64,000 nucleotides of DNA. It comes from Nemertoderma westbladi (taxonomy: Eukaryota > Animalia > Xenacoelomorpha). Location of the stretch: positions 1-64,000 of the forward strand of contig JAUCBJ010007049.1 in the NCBI GenBank assembly GCA_032718475.1, in the 5' to 3' direction. This document shows, in pieces, positions 1 through 11,890 of this stretch. The notes beneath the pieces are model-generated. The model ran no database searches. It saw only the letters and a program-made list of their open reading frames with translations, and was not told the DNA's origin. Positions within the stretch are counted from its first letter, which is position 1. Each line of letters begins with the position of its first letter. The position numbers and the translations under genes were made by a program.

Positions 1-1
1 T

Positions 2-3000
2 AGCAATCTCATTCCGAGCACCAACAAAGTTTGTCCCTTGGTCTGAGTACAAGCATTTTACTAGTCCGCGTCTAGCGATAAATCGCCGCAGTGCTAGTAT
101 AAACGCGTTGGTGGAAAGATCCATCACACGTTCAATGTGAACTGCCCTACTGGACATACATGTGAAAATCAGTCCCCAGCGTTTTACTAGTATACGTCCA
201 CGTTTCGTATGTATGGGACCAAAGCAATCAATTCCAGTCTCTGTAAAAGGTGGTCTGAATGCTTGAAGTCGTGCTTGTGGTAGTTCACTCATTTCTTGGG
301 TACCTATTCTAGAATGTACCTTTTTACAAATAATACACGTACGTGTCACTGAACTTAATGCTTTACTGGGTCTAATTAATACAAATCTAGTACGTAAGTA
401 GGAAAGACAGTGGTGTCTTCCAGCGTGTTTCAGATGTAAATGTGCGTCCAGTATCATTGCACGTTGTAGTTCGTGATGTTGCGGTATTATTATTGGGTAC
501 CTAAAGTTTGTGTTAAAGTCAATGTTTTGAAGCCGAGATTTATGACAAATTAAGCCATTATAAATAATCGGACTCCAACTCAGTATTGGTGACGACTTGA
601 TTGGTTGACCTTGATTTATAGATGTGAATTCGCGCGCGAAATATCGCAGTTGGTAATGGCGAATTAATTTAATCTCACACCTGTCAATCTCAGCCAATGT
701 AAGTCGACGTGTAAAGTCACGTTTGCCTTTAACGTATTGTACAAAACGTACAATCCACGCTAGTTTTCGGCAAGCGTTTGACCAAGAATCTGTTAGGTTT
801 ACAATACGGTCGACGTAAGTATTTGTGACGTCATCAGGTAAGTCAATGGAAATTTTGGAAGGTTTTGAATTACTAGAAGGGCCCACGGGTCCGCCGGTAA
901 GTATTCCCTTGTTGACTGTTGATCCGTCCGGGTCTACAAGTAATTTGTCCTTCTTTGTCTTCTTACCTTGATTGTCGGTACTTTGTAAGTCGATCGTTAA
1001 TGGTGGTTTGAACTCTATGGGGTCAGCAGGTTTTGGTAAACTTAATTTTCTGCCGACATTAATCCCAGGTCTCACCACAGGTTGTAAGTTCGGTATGTCT
1101 CTTGAGCGCAAAGTAACACCTGTATTTACATTAGCGTAGGTACTACCCACATCTGCAATACATGAGGTTTCACCATGCTTATGGTTGCCCAAGTGTGTCA
1201 AAATTGGTAGTTTGTCAATACAAGGCCGCTCCAATAGGGAAACTGCGGCTTTATTGTTAGTCGATACATTACTAATGTCTAGTCGACTGTCTAGTAATGT
1301 GTCTGGCGATACGTCTGGTAACGTATCTGGTTGTTTGTCAATAGAAGGCCGCTCCAATAGGGAAACTGCGGCTTTACTGTATGTCAGTGTGTTACTAGCG
1401 TCTGGTGGAACATTTTGTGATATGTCTGGCAAAATGTCTGGTTGGCTGTCTAGTAACATGTCTGGTTGACCGTCTGGTAACGTGTCTGGTTGACCGTCTG
1501 GCGATATGTCTGGTGTAGAAAGGCTCGCAAGTCTTCCTCTCTTGACCTTTGAAGTTATATCCTTCCATTTCGCCTTCGGTTTTTTCTTGAGTTTTGCCGC
1601 CGTTGTCTTTTTCTTTGTCTTCCCCCTTTTTGGTTTCTTGATTTCGGCGTCCTTAGGAATGGTGTTGGACTTGTTGTCGTATAACGGAGGCCAATCTTGT
1701 GTCGATTTCTGCAAGAACTGGGGTCCGTGTTGCCAAAACTCTTTGTTCTCCGGTTTACAGAATTCCTCAGGCATCATTCCTCGCGACGCAATATCAGCTG
1801 GGTTTTGTGGTCCGGGACAATGTCGCCAATCCTCTTTTATTGAACGGTCTAGAATTTCCGCGCGACGGTTAGCTACGAATGTCTTGAATTCGAGTGTGTC
1901 GTTGTTTATGTAAAATAAAACCAACGTCGCGTCAGTCCAATAAAATATCTGTAAACTCGACTGTAGTTCTGTCTGTATGAGGTTCACGATGGTGGTTGAC
2001 AGGGTCGCGGCTTGTAGCTCGGCTCGTGGTGTCGTCATATACTTAGTAGGCATGGTCTTAGCCTTAGAAGTAATGAGCGAAACATCGAACTCGTCCGATT
2101 CTACTTGTCTGCGCAAATACGCTGCCACACCAAAACCGTTGTCACTGGCGTCAGAAAAACAGTGTAGTTCTAAGTTGTCAGGAAATGTACTTTGTAATGG
2201 AAAGTAAACCCTGGGTATGAAATAATCCTCTAGCGAAGATAATTCCGCCTCCCAGGTCTTCCATAAGTCCACTTGGTCTGATGAGATCGGCTCGTCCCAC
2301 GTTAGTCCATCCTTCCATATACTGCGCATATAAATGCGGGCTTGCAGTATCACTGGACTGATGAATCCTAACGGATCGAACAATCGGCTCAACTTTGACA
2401 AGCATGATCTCTTTGTCAGTGTGTTCCCTTGACTGTCCAGTCTCACCTTCACTCGAAAGTTGTCTGTGTTTGGGTCCCAAAAGAGCCCCAACACCTTAGT
2501 CGTCGGTAGTGGTTCGAACTCTAGGTCTATGTCACCACCTCCACGCTCAGTAGTTCCGAATGAGTCAACTAATTCGGCACTGTTTGAGGCGAATTTGGTG
2601 AGGTTAAAACCTCCGCCCGCCAAGCAGTCCCGTAATTGATGTGCTACTGTTGTAGCACGTTCTACTGTGTCGCAACTCTGTAAACCGTCGTCGACGTAAA
2701 AGTCACGTTCTACAATTCTAATTATCTCTGGGTCATATAGATGTTTCTGATCTCTAGCGGCTTGCTTCAAGGCGTACATCGTACAATTTGGGCTGTCTCT
2801 GGCACCGAAAACGCGAACTTGCATTTGGTAAGTCGCTGGTGGTAGACTCAAGTCTCCTTCCGGATACCAGAGGAACCGCAAACTGTCTCTGTCTCGCTCT
2901 AACGCTTTTACTTGGTGAAACATCGCTTCAACGTCGCAAGTAAAGGCTACTTGGCGCTGACGGAAGCGCATAATCACCCCCATAAGATAATTATTCATGT

Positions 3001-6000
3001 TCGGTCCATCCATCAACTCACTATTGAGGGACATTCCCTCAAACAGAGCCGCACAGTCATTGACTACGCGTACTTTATCTGGTTTGTCGGGATGTCTCAC
3101 ATAGTGATGTGGCAGGTAGTATGTCTGGTCGGTCACTCGCTCCGGGTTAGTCATTCGGATAGCGTATCCTTCAGTCAAATACGTCTCCATCTGAGTGTTG
3201 TACTGCAGATGGGCTTTCTCGTCCTTTAATAGACGTTGTCGTATTGAGTGTAGACGTCTCAAAGCCAGTGGGTAGTTATTTATAAGTTTAGGACTTTGGC
3301 TACGCCATAACATACCCACCTCGTAATGTCCGTCCTCCGTCTGTCGGATAGTCTCTTCCATGATCTTCAGAGATTGTTTCTCCTGTTCCGACATACAAGG
3401 TTCGTAGCTACCAGGTTCAGCTGTATCTTGTTCTAACCACCTGATAGTCTTCTCCGTTAATTCTTTGTCCAAGTCCGCTTGTTCCAACTGATGAATTTTC
3501 AACGCGTCATCGTCGATATCGACGGGCACTGTTGAGGTTATTGGGGTAGGTAGACTCGCAAGCCTATCATCTGTCGTCGATGGAATCTCTAGCTGACTCG
3601 TCTTCCCCCCAAGTCCTAGACTCACCTTGTGGGTTAGCTGCTCCTTGTGACTTATCATACTAGTTACCCGTCTGTCATGTTTTGTCGACTGTAGCGTAGT
3701 ATGGTTCACGTCGTGTGAAAAGGAATGAATTGAATTTGTAGTTAATAAACTACATGTACTCTGTACATCGTCTTCCTCGTCACTTACGTCTAGTGTGCGC
3801 ACAGGCGCTCGAGTATACCACCCTATCGGCGTTCTGCAGGCGTATGCGTTTCCTGCTACAACTGCCGATGGTCTGGTTTCCCACACCTGATGTAGGTTGA
3901 ATTGGTCCGTCCCGATCAGCATTGCTACCGATCTATAATTGACAGGACATTCGGGTACACCAAGGTGTCTGAAATACTTACGGTCCTCCAGAGATTGTTC
4001 CGGCACTGGACCTAGTAGGTTACTAAAGTCCTTCGTGGCCGCAAAGGTTAGATCTCTAAAGGGTAACAAAGACCTCTCCCTCTCGCTGTGTTGCGATTTT
4101 GGAAGAAGAGAGTCTAAGTCCAACTTAACTCGTGTCACTGGTATTGCACGCTGTCCGTGCATACTACTTACTGTATAACTGACACGCTTACCTTGTTTAA
4201 GATCCGTCACGACGTCAGCTATCTTTTCGTCCACGTAGCTATGAGATGAGGCTGAGTCTAGAATCGCGTAGATTCTTTTGCTCCCCTTTGTGCCAGTAAC
4301 TTTAATCGGGATTACACTGAATCCCTTCAGTTGATCAGTAGTCAGGAGCGCGATCGACGGTTGTTCGTCTCCATTGGGATATTCGTCGTCGTCTTCTGAT
4401 TCTTCGTCCGACGATCCGGATTGTTCTGAGAAGCAATCCTCAATATGTGTCACGAAGGTCGGAGTCGTTTTCGATTCTCGTTTTCGGTAGGCCGCATCAC
4501 ATCTCGCTGCCGCTTCCGGATGTTCCCTGGCGAAGCGTTTCGTCGGCGTGTGGCTGTCTGTGTGGAGCAGACCGTCGTGGTTGCGTCCACAGGATGGACA
4601 AGTGTCGGTATTTGGGCAATCTTTACGGACGTGTCCGTGTCGCGTACACCGCCAACAAGAGTCCAGTGGCCGTATCTGCAGCCGTCGTTCTTCCGAGTTC
4701 AACTCGCGAAATTGTCGACAACCTCGTAACTTGTGACCAATATACCGCTTACCTAGATGCTCGCAGTATTGGCAGCCGTTGAAGTCGGTGCTGAGTTGCT
4801 GTCTCGTCTGTTTCGTCCCAATGGGCGCAGATACTCTATTACCGTCTGAGAATTGTCGTGATTCCGTCGGTGTGGCGTAAGTGGCCGTCTTAGTGGATGT
4901 TGTCTGGGGTTTTTGTCGGTTTGAAGAGGGCAATGTGATTCCTTCTGCTACGATGTGCTGGTCGGTGTAGTTAGATCGAGTTTCTACTACCGCCTCCCTG
5001 GATATTAAAAGGTACACATCTTCTAATTTTAGGAATCCTCCTCGCTCCTCTCGCTGGTATTCGACCTTCCTCCACTCCCGACGAAGTCGATGGTGGAGTC
5101 GTCCTATTATCTTTAATAGAACTGTAGGGGTATTCCCGTAATCAAGTTGTCCAATTGATCTTAAGGTAGTGATAGCGTTCTTGATCTCGTCAGCTAGTTT
5201 TAGTAAGTCGACGGGTTTAGTGATAGCCCCTCCCTTACAGAGTTCCTCTATTACTGACCTGGCCATACTCACTGTACCTCCGTATATCGAAGTCAAACGA
5301 TCGTACTCTAGTTCGAAAGCGTCCGGTACACCAACGAAGGTCTCCGCCAAACGTTTAGGTTCTCCTGACAACGTTTGGAGCAGGTAATTGAACTTCTCCC
5401 GTGATGTAAAGGCGCACACGGCGATCTGGGATTCGATATAGTCTACGAAGGTATGCCAGTGTTTTGAGCTACCGGAAAACTTCGGTGGTTGTTGCACCGG
5501 CAATCCTTGTCTGGCTGCGAATTTCGCTATCTCCTCGGCAACGTTCAGAGTTTCGCGTCCTTGGTTGGTAACCTGGTTGATGTTCTCCCTTCTGGGCGCT
5601 TTTCCCTGATACGATGTGGGGTTGGAAGGTACCGGTCTTTGTGGTTCCTTCGGGTGTCTATTGTGTTCGAATTCGGAATTTCTCGAACTGTCGGTGTAAC
5701 CTTCCTCCAGACGTTCCTCAATCCGGGCCAACTTGTTGACAATGTCGGCGAACTGTTGTGCACCGATCGCGCCCGCTGGTGGTAACGCCTTCTGTGTCGG
5801 TGTATTCTGTGGAGGATTGTCTACAAAGGAGTTGTCTGAACGCTCGCGTTTATATTCATCGGCCGCCCCTGTTCTAAATACCTCGCGTTTCGGATAATCC
5901 GATTCGCTCGAAGTACTACTATCATCTGGATATGGTGGTCGACGTGCTCGCGTCCGTTGTGTCGTTCGAACTCTAACGTTTCGTTTTGGAACATCGTCTA

Positions 6001-8029
6001 CTGGTTTCCGTTGTTCGGTAGGCTCACAAGTCTTCCTCGAAGTCGTAGATTGCGATGTAAATTGGTTGAATGGTCGCGTATCCACTGTTCTCCGTTGTTC
6101 GGTAGGCTCACAAGTCTTCCTCGAAGTCGTAGATTGCGATGTAAATTGATTGAATGGTCGCGTATCCACTGTTCTCCGTTGTTCGGTAGGCTCACAAGTC
6201 TTCCTCGAAGTCGTAGATTGCGATGTAAATTGAACCGGTGGTCGAGTAACAACGTTTGAATCCAAAGGCCTTGTTGGCCTAAACGTCATTGGGTAAGCGT
6301 AGTGTGTAACAGGTTTTGGCGTCAGAGGTGGACTCACCTGTTTAGTCGTCAGTAATACAGGTTCGACTAATAAACTACTGCGATCTGTAATCGGTGGGTT
6401 ACTTACCTTGACTTTCGGAATAGGCGACGACGTTGCTCTTGGCGGTGTAAACTCGTCCGGAATAACAAACCTGTGTTCCGTCGCACCATGGATAGGAGAA
6501 ATGTTACTACTACCCGCAATCGAAACAGGTTCCTTAGTCGTAACCGGTGCAAACATATGAGTTACCTGTGGGAATCGTTGACACAAGTCCTTTACTAATT
6601 GTCGTTCCCGTCCGGGTGCTCCTACGCTTCCTTCCTTCTTCCGTTCCTGAATTTGGCGATGTCTTACCTCTATTTGGTCCAAGTCATGTCCGTCTCGAGA
6701 TCTCATCGATCGATCGCGGGCTTGTAGATCTAGGTCTTCCTTGGCGTTGGCTAATTCTCTCGCCTTCTTCTCGAGTTCGAAACGAAGTTTAACTTCTTTC
6801 TCGCGTTGTTCCGTTTGTTGTTGTTGCGCCTCGAGTTCCGCTTGTCGTATAGCTGACTGGGCCTTTATTTGCCGTGTCTTCATCTCTGCTCTGGCTTCTA
6901 AAACTAACCGGTTTCTCTCTAACTCCGCCGCTGCCGCTGCCGCTGCCGCTTGTCGCTCTGACTCAGCCGCTGCCGCTGCTGCTGCCGCTTGTCGCTCTGA
7001 CTCAGCCGCTGCCGCTGCTGCTGTTTGTTGCGCAATGTCCAACTCTAACCTTTCCATCTCGGCTGCTTCCAACTCGGCTTGTTCTTGCAGATGGGAGATT
7101 CTTGCTATATTTGCAACGCGTAGCTTCTCTTCTTCTACTGCTGCTTGTAGCATTAGAAGTTGAGTTTGTTCCTCCATCTCCTGTTGTTGTCTGCAGAGCT
7201 GTTGTTGTCGAGCAATTTCTGACGTAGCCATACTTCCCTCGCCGATTTCGCTACGAATACTCACCAGAGATTGATCCAGTATTCCCGGTGCCGATTCGAT
7301 TCGTACGGGTGAAGTTTCCCTCGTATATTCCGGCACGGTTTCCAAATCGCCGACGTCTTCGCCGCACATACGTAAGTGGTCCGTCAGATGTTTCAATTGT
7401 CCATCCAGTCGGTACAGTTCCTGTTCTTCCTCGGGCTGTAATAATTCGTCCGAAACTGACTCACCTAACAACTGGTCCGCTTGTTCCTGTTGTATCTGTC
7501 TAATCGTCGACTTAAACTGAATCAGTTTCTCTCTAGTGATCATTAGTTTCTCGAGGATTCTAAGTTGAGTATCCATGTCCTGTCTCTGTCTAGCTAGATC
7601 TTGTAGGCCAACTAGATTATCTACGGACTTATATACTTTACTCTGTACTCTAACCTGGAGGGTGTAGAACTCGAATCGAGACATCGGAGCGGTCAACCCG
7701 TCTAATATGCGTTGGCCTTCTCCAATACTCCTGGTTATATGCGCCATGTAACCTCCGACGCTTCTAACCACACTTTCTGTGCTTCCTGCTGAACTTACCA
7801 ATTCCGTTTCCCTATATCTAGGTTGCGGAACAGTTAGAAAGTCCTCGGTCCTGCCGTCGCCTCGTACTACGGCATCCGGTACTCCCGTTGGATGTACTGG
7901 TGACGCACACGGTGTAGGTTCGGTAGGCTCGCGAGTCTTCCCCTGTGGTTCTTCCGCTGCTGACTTATCCGCGTCACACGAGTCATAGTCGGTTTGTGTA
8001 TTCTTCGTATAGTCTTGTTTGTCACTCAT
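2..8029 (-). CDS. Gag-Pol polyprotein of A, single frame running off the window start
   Basis: ATG at 8029 (MSDKQDY, as in B). Has CAG where B has TAA. No long minus-strand fragment appears in the ORF track, as expected if the frame has no stop in the window. Confidence 0.88.
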   Translation of the reverse strand, partial: MSDKQDYTKNTQTDYDSCDADKSAAEEPQGKTREPTEPTPCASPVHPTGVPDAVVRGDGRTEDFLTVPQPRYRETELVSSAGSTESVVRSVGGYMAHITRSIGEGQRILDGLTAPMSRFEFYTLQVRVQSKVYKSVDNLVGLQDLARQRQDMDTQLRILEKLMITREKLIQFKSTIRQIQQEQADQLLGESVSDELLQPEEEQELYRLDGQLKHLTDHLRMCGEDVGDLETVPEYTRETSPVRIESAPGILDQSLVSIRSEIGEGSMATSEIARQQQLCRQQQEMEEQTQLLMLQAAVEEEKLRVANIARISHLQEQAELEAAEMERLELDIAQQTAAAAAAESERQAAAAAAAAESERQAAAAAAAAELERNRLVLEARAEMKTRQIKAQSAIRQAELEAQQQQTEQREKEVKLRFELEKKARELANAKEDLDLQARDRSMRSRDGHDLDQIEVRHRQIQERKKEGSVGAPGRERQLVKDLCQRFPQVTHMFAPVTTKEPVSIAGSSNISPIHGATEHRFVIPDEFTPPRATSSPIPKVKVSNPPITDRSSLLVEPVLLTTKQVSPPLTPKPVTHYAYPMTFRPTRPLDSNVVTRPPVQFTSQSTTSRKTCEPTEQRRTVDTRPFNQFTSQSTTSRKTCEPTEQRRTVDTRPFNQFTSQSTTSRKTCEPTEQRKPVDDVPKRNVRVRTTQRTRARRPPYPDDSSTSSESDYPKREVFRTGAADEYKRERSDNSFVDNPPQNTPTQKALPPAGAIGAQQFADIVNKLARIEERLEEGYTDSSRNSEFEHNRHPKEPQRPVPSNPTSYQGKAPRRENINQVTNQGRETLNVAEEIAKFAARQGLPVQQPPKFSGSSKHWHTFVDYIESQIAVCAFTSREKFNYLLQTLSGEPKRLAETFVGVPDAFELEYDRLTSIYGGTVSMARSVIEELCKGGAITKPVDLLKLADEIKNAITTLRSIGQLDYGNTPTVLLKIIGRLHHRLRREWRKVEYQREERGGFLKLEDVYLLISREAVVETRSNYTDQHIVAEGITLPSSNRQKPQTTSTKTATYATPTESRQFSDGNRVSAPIGTKQTRQQLSTDFNGCQYCEHLGKRYIGHKLRGCRQFRELNSEERRLQIRPLDSCWRCTRHGHVRKDCPNTDTCPSCGRNHDGLLHTDSHTPTKRFAREHPEAAARCDAAYRKRESKTTPTFVTHIEDCFSEQSGSSDEESEDDDEYPNGDEQPSIALLTTDQLKGFSVIPIKVTGTKGSKRIYAILDSASSHSYVDEKIADVVTDLKQGKRVSYTVSSMHGQRAIPVTRVKLDLDSLLPKSQHSERERSLLPFRDLTFAATKDFSNLLGPVPEQSLEDRKYFRHLGVPECPVNYRSVAMLIGTDQFNLHQVWETRPSAVVAGNAYACRTPIGWYTRAPVRTLDVSDEEDDVQSTCSLLTTNSIHSFSHDVNHTTLQSTKHDRRVTSMISHKEQLTHKVSLGLGGKTSQLEIPSTTDDRLASLPTPITSTVPVDIDDDALKIHQLEQADLDKELTEKTIRWLEQDTAEPGSYEPCMSEQEKQSLKIMEETIRQTEDGHYEVGMLWRSQSPKLINNYPLALRRLHSIRQRLLKDEKAHLQYNTQMETYLTEGYAIRMTNPERVTDQTYYLPHHYVRHPDKPDKVRVVNDCAALFEGMSLNSELMDGPNMNNYLMGVIMRFRQRQVAFTCDVEAMFHQVKALERDRDSLRFLWYPEGDLSLPPATYQMQVRVFGARDSPNCTMYALKQAARDQKHLYDPEIIRIVERDFYVDDGLQSCDTVERATTVAHQLRDCLAGGGFNLTKFASNSAELVDSFGTTERGGGDIDLEFEPLPTTKVLGLFWDPNTDNFRVKVRLDSQGNTLTKRSCLSKLSRLFDPLGFISPVILQARIYMRSIWKDGLTWDEPISSDQVDLWKTWEAELSSLEDYFIPRVYFPLQSTFPDNLELHCFSDASDNGFGVAAYLRRQVESDEFDVSLITSKAKTMPTKYMTTPRAELQAATLSTTIVNLIQTELQSSLQIFYWTDATLVLFYINNDTLEFKTFVANRRAEILDRSIKEDWRHCPGPQNPADIASRGMMPEEFCKPENKEFWQHGPQFLQKSTQDWPPLYDNKSNTIPKDAEIKKPKRGKTKKKTTAAKLKKKPKAKWKDITSKVKRGRLASLSTPDISPDGQPDTLPDGQPDMLLDSQPDILPDISQNVPPDASNTLTYSKAAVSLLERPSIDKQPDTLPDVSPDTLLDSRLDISNVSTNNKAAVSLLERPCIDKLPILTHLGNHKHGETSCIADVGSTYANVNTGVTLRSRDIPNLQPVVRPGINVGRKLSLPKPADPIEFKPPLTIDLQSTDNQGKKTKKDKLLVDPDGSTVNKGILTGGPVGPSSNSKPSKISIDLPDDVTNTYVDRIVNLTDSWSNACRKLAWIVRFVQYVKGKRDFTRRLTLAEIDRCEIKLIRHYQLRYFAREFTSINQGQPIKSSPILSWSPIIYNGLICHKSRLQNIDFNTNFRYPIIIPQHHELQRAMILDAHLHLKHAGRHHCLSYLRTRFVLIRPSKALSSVTRTCIICKKVHSRIGTQEMSELPQARLQAFRPPFTETGIDCFGPIHTKRGRILVKRWGLIFTCMSSRAVHIERVMDLSTNAFILALRRFIARRGLVKCLYSDQGTNFVGARNEIA
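5998..6235 (-). repeat. In-frame 81-bp (27-aa) tandem repeat in gag of A, about 3 copies
   Basis: Repeated ...ccgttgttcggtaggctcacaagtcttcctcgaagtcgtagattgcgatgtaaa... Confidence 0.9.
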
Positions 8030-8839
8030 TTCGGTAGTTGTAAGTCAAGTAAAGTGAGTGTCAAAGTATCAAGTTTACCGTATTTGTATAAAACGGTACT
8101 AATTACAGTCATATAAAATTAGCCTACCGGCCGATTTTATAGCAGATGGATAAAATTAGCCTAAACGGCCAATTTTACAGCAAATAAATGTCACGGAATA
8201 AGTATATAATAAAATTAGCCTAACGGCCAATTTTATAACAAATAAATCGGATAACGATATGCGTTATCAAAAAGGTAAATTAAATACAATAATACGGACT
8301 AATTCAGCAATGAACAAAGAAATCATACGGAATGCATAAATACTTGAGACAGTGGAACCCACAATAATTTTAACTAATACGGTAATGCCTAACTTATTTA
8401 TGCAACTTTTCGAACTCACCCACTCCAATAATTCTCCAGAAAACAGATTCCCAAATACAAACCGGACGTGAACCTTTCCGTTTTTAACGTTGCGGACGAA
8501 ACGCGATTTTCCCAACCAAAGTTGTTGAGTTATCTATCTCCCAAACTTGCTAAACACGGTCTTGCTCCCGTTACAGTCTAGAAATGAGTTCTGAATCCTG
8601 AAAAAACAAAAGAGTTAGGTTTTACTTTTACGAAAATTTTTGTACCGGTACAATATGGTATTTAAACCCTTTTAAACACCGGTATTCAATTCCAAAAATA
8701 TTTTACACGCGGTTCAAATCAAATTTTATTTCAAAAAATTAGCACTTAGCTAATCAAATATAAATTTTTACCTCAAAATACAAAATTTTCAAATAACTTT
8801 AGTCCTACCGAACCGTAGTTCAGTAAAACACATTCCTAC

Positions 8840-10775
8840 TATTGGAAGAGATACGTCTATTCCTACTAATGGAAGAGACGGTAACAATACCTGCAATATC
8901 CTACTGTAAAGTTTGTAAATCAAATCATAAATCCGACCTTCTCACCAAAACAGTAAACTCTAAGTAAGCGAATATATTGCAGTATCGATCTCTTATAACC
9001 GGTGAGGCAGAAAACAGTCTACGAGCAGACAAACTTCGATAAAACAAAATCCCGCGCAGCGAATCCTAAAATCAGGCTGACTCACTGACGGACTAAGGGG
9101 CTCGTATACTTTGCCGCGGTGTGATTTATATGGTTGGGCAAAGGGACGCTAGCTAGGTACAGAGGCAGATATTTGGAGATGTCTAACTAGCGGGCAAAGC
9201 ACAGTACGGACAAAGTTAATTTTATATATTTCGAGGTGTAAATAATTTCTAACGCGCGTGTGTTAATTCTGAACGGTCAAAGCAGTTTTGCTCCTTCACA
9301 TATATAATTACTGGGTACGGTGTGCATTTTACGAATATTCTAATTTTATAACTTGTAGGTCCAATACTCACGAATGATAAGGTTCCTTCCCCTCTTGCGT
9401 ATTTCCAGGACTCAAATTCAGGCATAAGGTTAATACTACGCCCAGAATTCGGCAATTTTAGGTACCAGGTCCCTGATACTAAGAAGAGATGTGTTAGTTT
9501 ACTACTGTAGGCGTACGGGTACTAATAGCTATCCTGGCTCCTATCTAGAATTTTAGTCACCCAGGTAGTCCGGGTAACTTCCTATTAGGGCGTTGGCGGA
9601 GACACGGTAGATGTTAGTATATCCCTGATAGCCTCAATTTATTTGCGCCTAGCGTAAACTGCCCTACCGCCTGAACGGTACAATCCCAATTCAGGTGAAA
9701 ACACAGCAACCCCTTAGCCTACAAGTTCTGATGTAATGGACACTGTCGTACTGCAAATAGTCGCACACACACCTGTACTTAGCAAGAGTTAAGCGTACAG
9801 TTTGCTGCACCCTAACCAATGTGTATGCCTTGTACCGGTGTGCCTACGTCCTATCTGCGTACTAGTATCTGCTCTCTCTCCCTCCCGTAGGAATGTGAAG
9901 GTCTACTGTGGGTTTTTCCTGAATCAAGACAGTACAGTCCCTATGATGTAATTTTAGGCTTACAGCGTGTCACTACGTCTACCTTTTGATCTTTTGGTCT
10001 TACACTTAGGTAGCAAGGATCGAACGCTGTCTAACCTTTCAGGCGATGGGCGAATAACTCTAGATGGTATTGCGGGTTGTCTCTCGTCTACATTCCCGTG
10101 ATGTTCCCGTTCATTGCTGCGGCCCGATCTCTAGCCGGCCATCCTGTCCCTGAGTTTGTTCACCGTAGTGAATCCATGGTAAAACAGGTAGAAAGCTGAG
10201 AGAATATTCTGACTTTATTACAGAAGATACAATTATAATACAATGTAATCTGAGAATAAACTAAGCACGACAGAATAATAATATGAATATAATCTGTGAA
10301 GTAGAGTGAAATATAAAGTATACTAAAGTAGTAGTGAACTAATGAACGAAATCGCACCTTTTTATACCAAATTTGTGCCGCAATCAATCGAGAAAATTCT
10401 CGATTGTTCTATAGATTCTAACAAGGTTTTAAAGATAGCTATTGGTCCAGCTAATATATAACTTGCACGACATTGGTTACAATCAAATAACTACAGCCTT
10501 ATTGGTACAGACAAATGCAATTAATTTGTAGCGGTTAATTTAAATGAGTTGAAATTCTGCACAAAAAATAATTCGTACTTACTAGGATTCGAACTCGATA
10601 CCTACTACACATATAATTTCCAACGCTCTACCAACTGAGCTACTGAACCACTTGACCGATGGGTGCACAATAGATAGAACCAATACTAATGAGAACTCAA
10701 AGCAATCTTTACAAAGTTAATTCGAATAAAATAAAATTTTGAAAATCCACGGCATTTAGGGAATATAATTCTATA
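8840..10775 (-). repeat. 5' LTR of A (~1.94 kb), ends TATAG...CAATA
   Basis: Homologous to both LTRs of B; homology stops at 10775. Confidence 0.9.
10563..10649 (-). ncRNA. tRNA-derived (Pol III A/B box) cassette in LTR of A
   Basis: Minus strand reads TAGCTCAGTTGGTAGAGC...GAGTTCGAATCC...T6. Confidence 0.65.
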
Positions 10776-10875
10776 GATATATTAATTACTTTATGCTCTT
10801 TAAGGCTTTGTCACTAGATCGCCCATCGGGTGTTTTAGTAACGAAATCGAAAGGTTTCGCAGAAAAATAACCTCA

Positions 10876-11030
10876 CTTGGTAATAATTGCCATGTATCCC
10901 TGCCTCTCGACAAGAGTTCATCATGTTTCTGAAGTAATTCGATAAAGGTCGCATTAGGGTTGGCGCCATAGCTGGAGTGACCACCTGTAGCACCACCTGT
11001 AGAAGCAAGCTGACCACCGTATGCTGCGAA
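10876..11030 (-). other. Possible host exon (Gly-rich, unidentified)
   Basis: Non-repetitive open frame AYGGQLASTGGATGGHSSYG...TWQLLP with CAG upstream and GTGAG downstream. No recognisable family. Confidence 0.25.
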
Positions 11031-11075
11031 TACTCTTCTGGTGGTGGTCGGAAATGTTTGTTTAGTATTTACTGA

Positions 11076-11851
11076 ACACATTGAGAATAAAAAACAACGG
11101 TCCTACACTCTAATAGGCTGCTTGAGAAATCTGAACCTCGTCTCTATCAAATCTTCAAAATGAAAATATACCCCGCCGTAACTTACGCTTTCCCGGAAAT
11201 AGCTCCACATTTGACAGTCTCAAATCTTAAAGAACTGGATAAAATTAAATCTAACTTTCTAAACCGCCTATTATCACTTCCAACAAACGCATCGTCTACC
11301 CTGGCTCACAACCTTACCAACTGCAAAACCCTCACCGAAGATATATGTGAGCAGTATCCCAATATTATCAACCCAGCCGCATTAGAACTCTACCGCAATT
11401 TTCGAACGGAAAGGGATAATAACTTCTCAGATCAAGGGTATATATTGGGGCCAGCCTTCAAGTCTAACGTCTGGAGATCCACTAATCAAAGGAATCGCCA
11501 CATAATAACAAGAACAACCGCGCATGGTTTCCACCATATAATTTGCTCCACAACAACCCCGTTTCATGAAAGAATGCAAACTTGCACGTGCAAATATTGC
11601 GGTAACAGCGCCGAGGACCTTTACCATGTTCTAGAATGCTCAAGCTCACCTGAACTTTCATCTCTAGCAGCACAATAATAGTCTACAATAAAGATAAAGG
11701 CCTTAAGAATTGTAAATATAATAAGTCAATAATTTTTTTAACAGATTTTTATATGAATGTATAATATAAATTGTTTTATTTTATTGAGTATCTTATGTAA
11801 ATATTTGAATGAATCGAAATAAAGGTCTCCATTTGCCCCGCGTGGGGGCGC

Positions 11852-11886
<35 letters not shown>
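11076..11886 (+). mobile_element. 5'-truncated non-LTR retrotransposon (LINE) with poly(A) tail
   Basis: Post-RT ORF ending in CKYC...HVLEC, AATAAA near 11818, A-tail 11857-11887, TSD AGTATTTACTGA at 11064-11075 and 11887-11898. Confidence 0.88.
11160..11678 (+). CDS. C-terminal fragment of LINE ORF2 (thumb region plus CCHC finger)
   Basis: KIYPAVTYA...LDKIKSNFLNRLLSLP and CxxC-x7-H-x3-C. Confidence 0.75.
   Translation: MKIYPAVTYAFPEIAPHLTVSNLKELDKIKSNFLNRLLSLPTNASSTLAHNLTNCKTLTEDICEQYPNIINPAALELYRNFRTERDNNFSDQGYILGPAFKSNVWRSTNQRNRHIITRTTAHGFHHIICSTTTPFHERMQTCTCKYCGNSAEDLYHVLECSSSPELSSLAAQ

Positions 11887-11890
<4 letters not shown>

Larger units (their letters stand above)
1..10775 (-). 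mobile_element. BEL/Pao LTR retrotransposon copy A (5' LTR, leader, gag-pol; 3' part outside window), same family as B
   Basis: Reverse complement aligns by eye along its length with B (44981-55800). Domain order is gag CCHC, protease, RT, RNase H, integrase. Confidence 0.95.

Noticed and set aside
1185-7988. Many plus-strand ORFs in A, and their mirrors in B, C and D
   Set aside because: Antisense shadows of gag-pol; shared between A and B only because the copies are similar.
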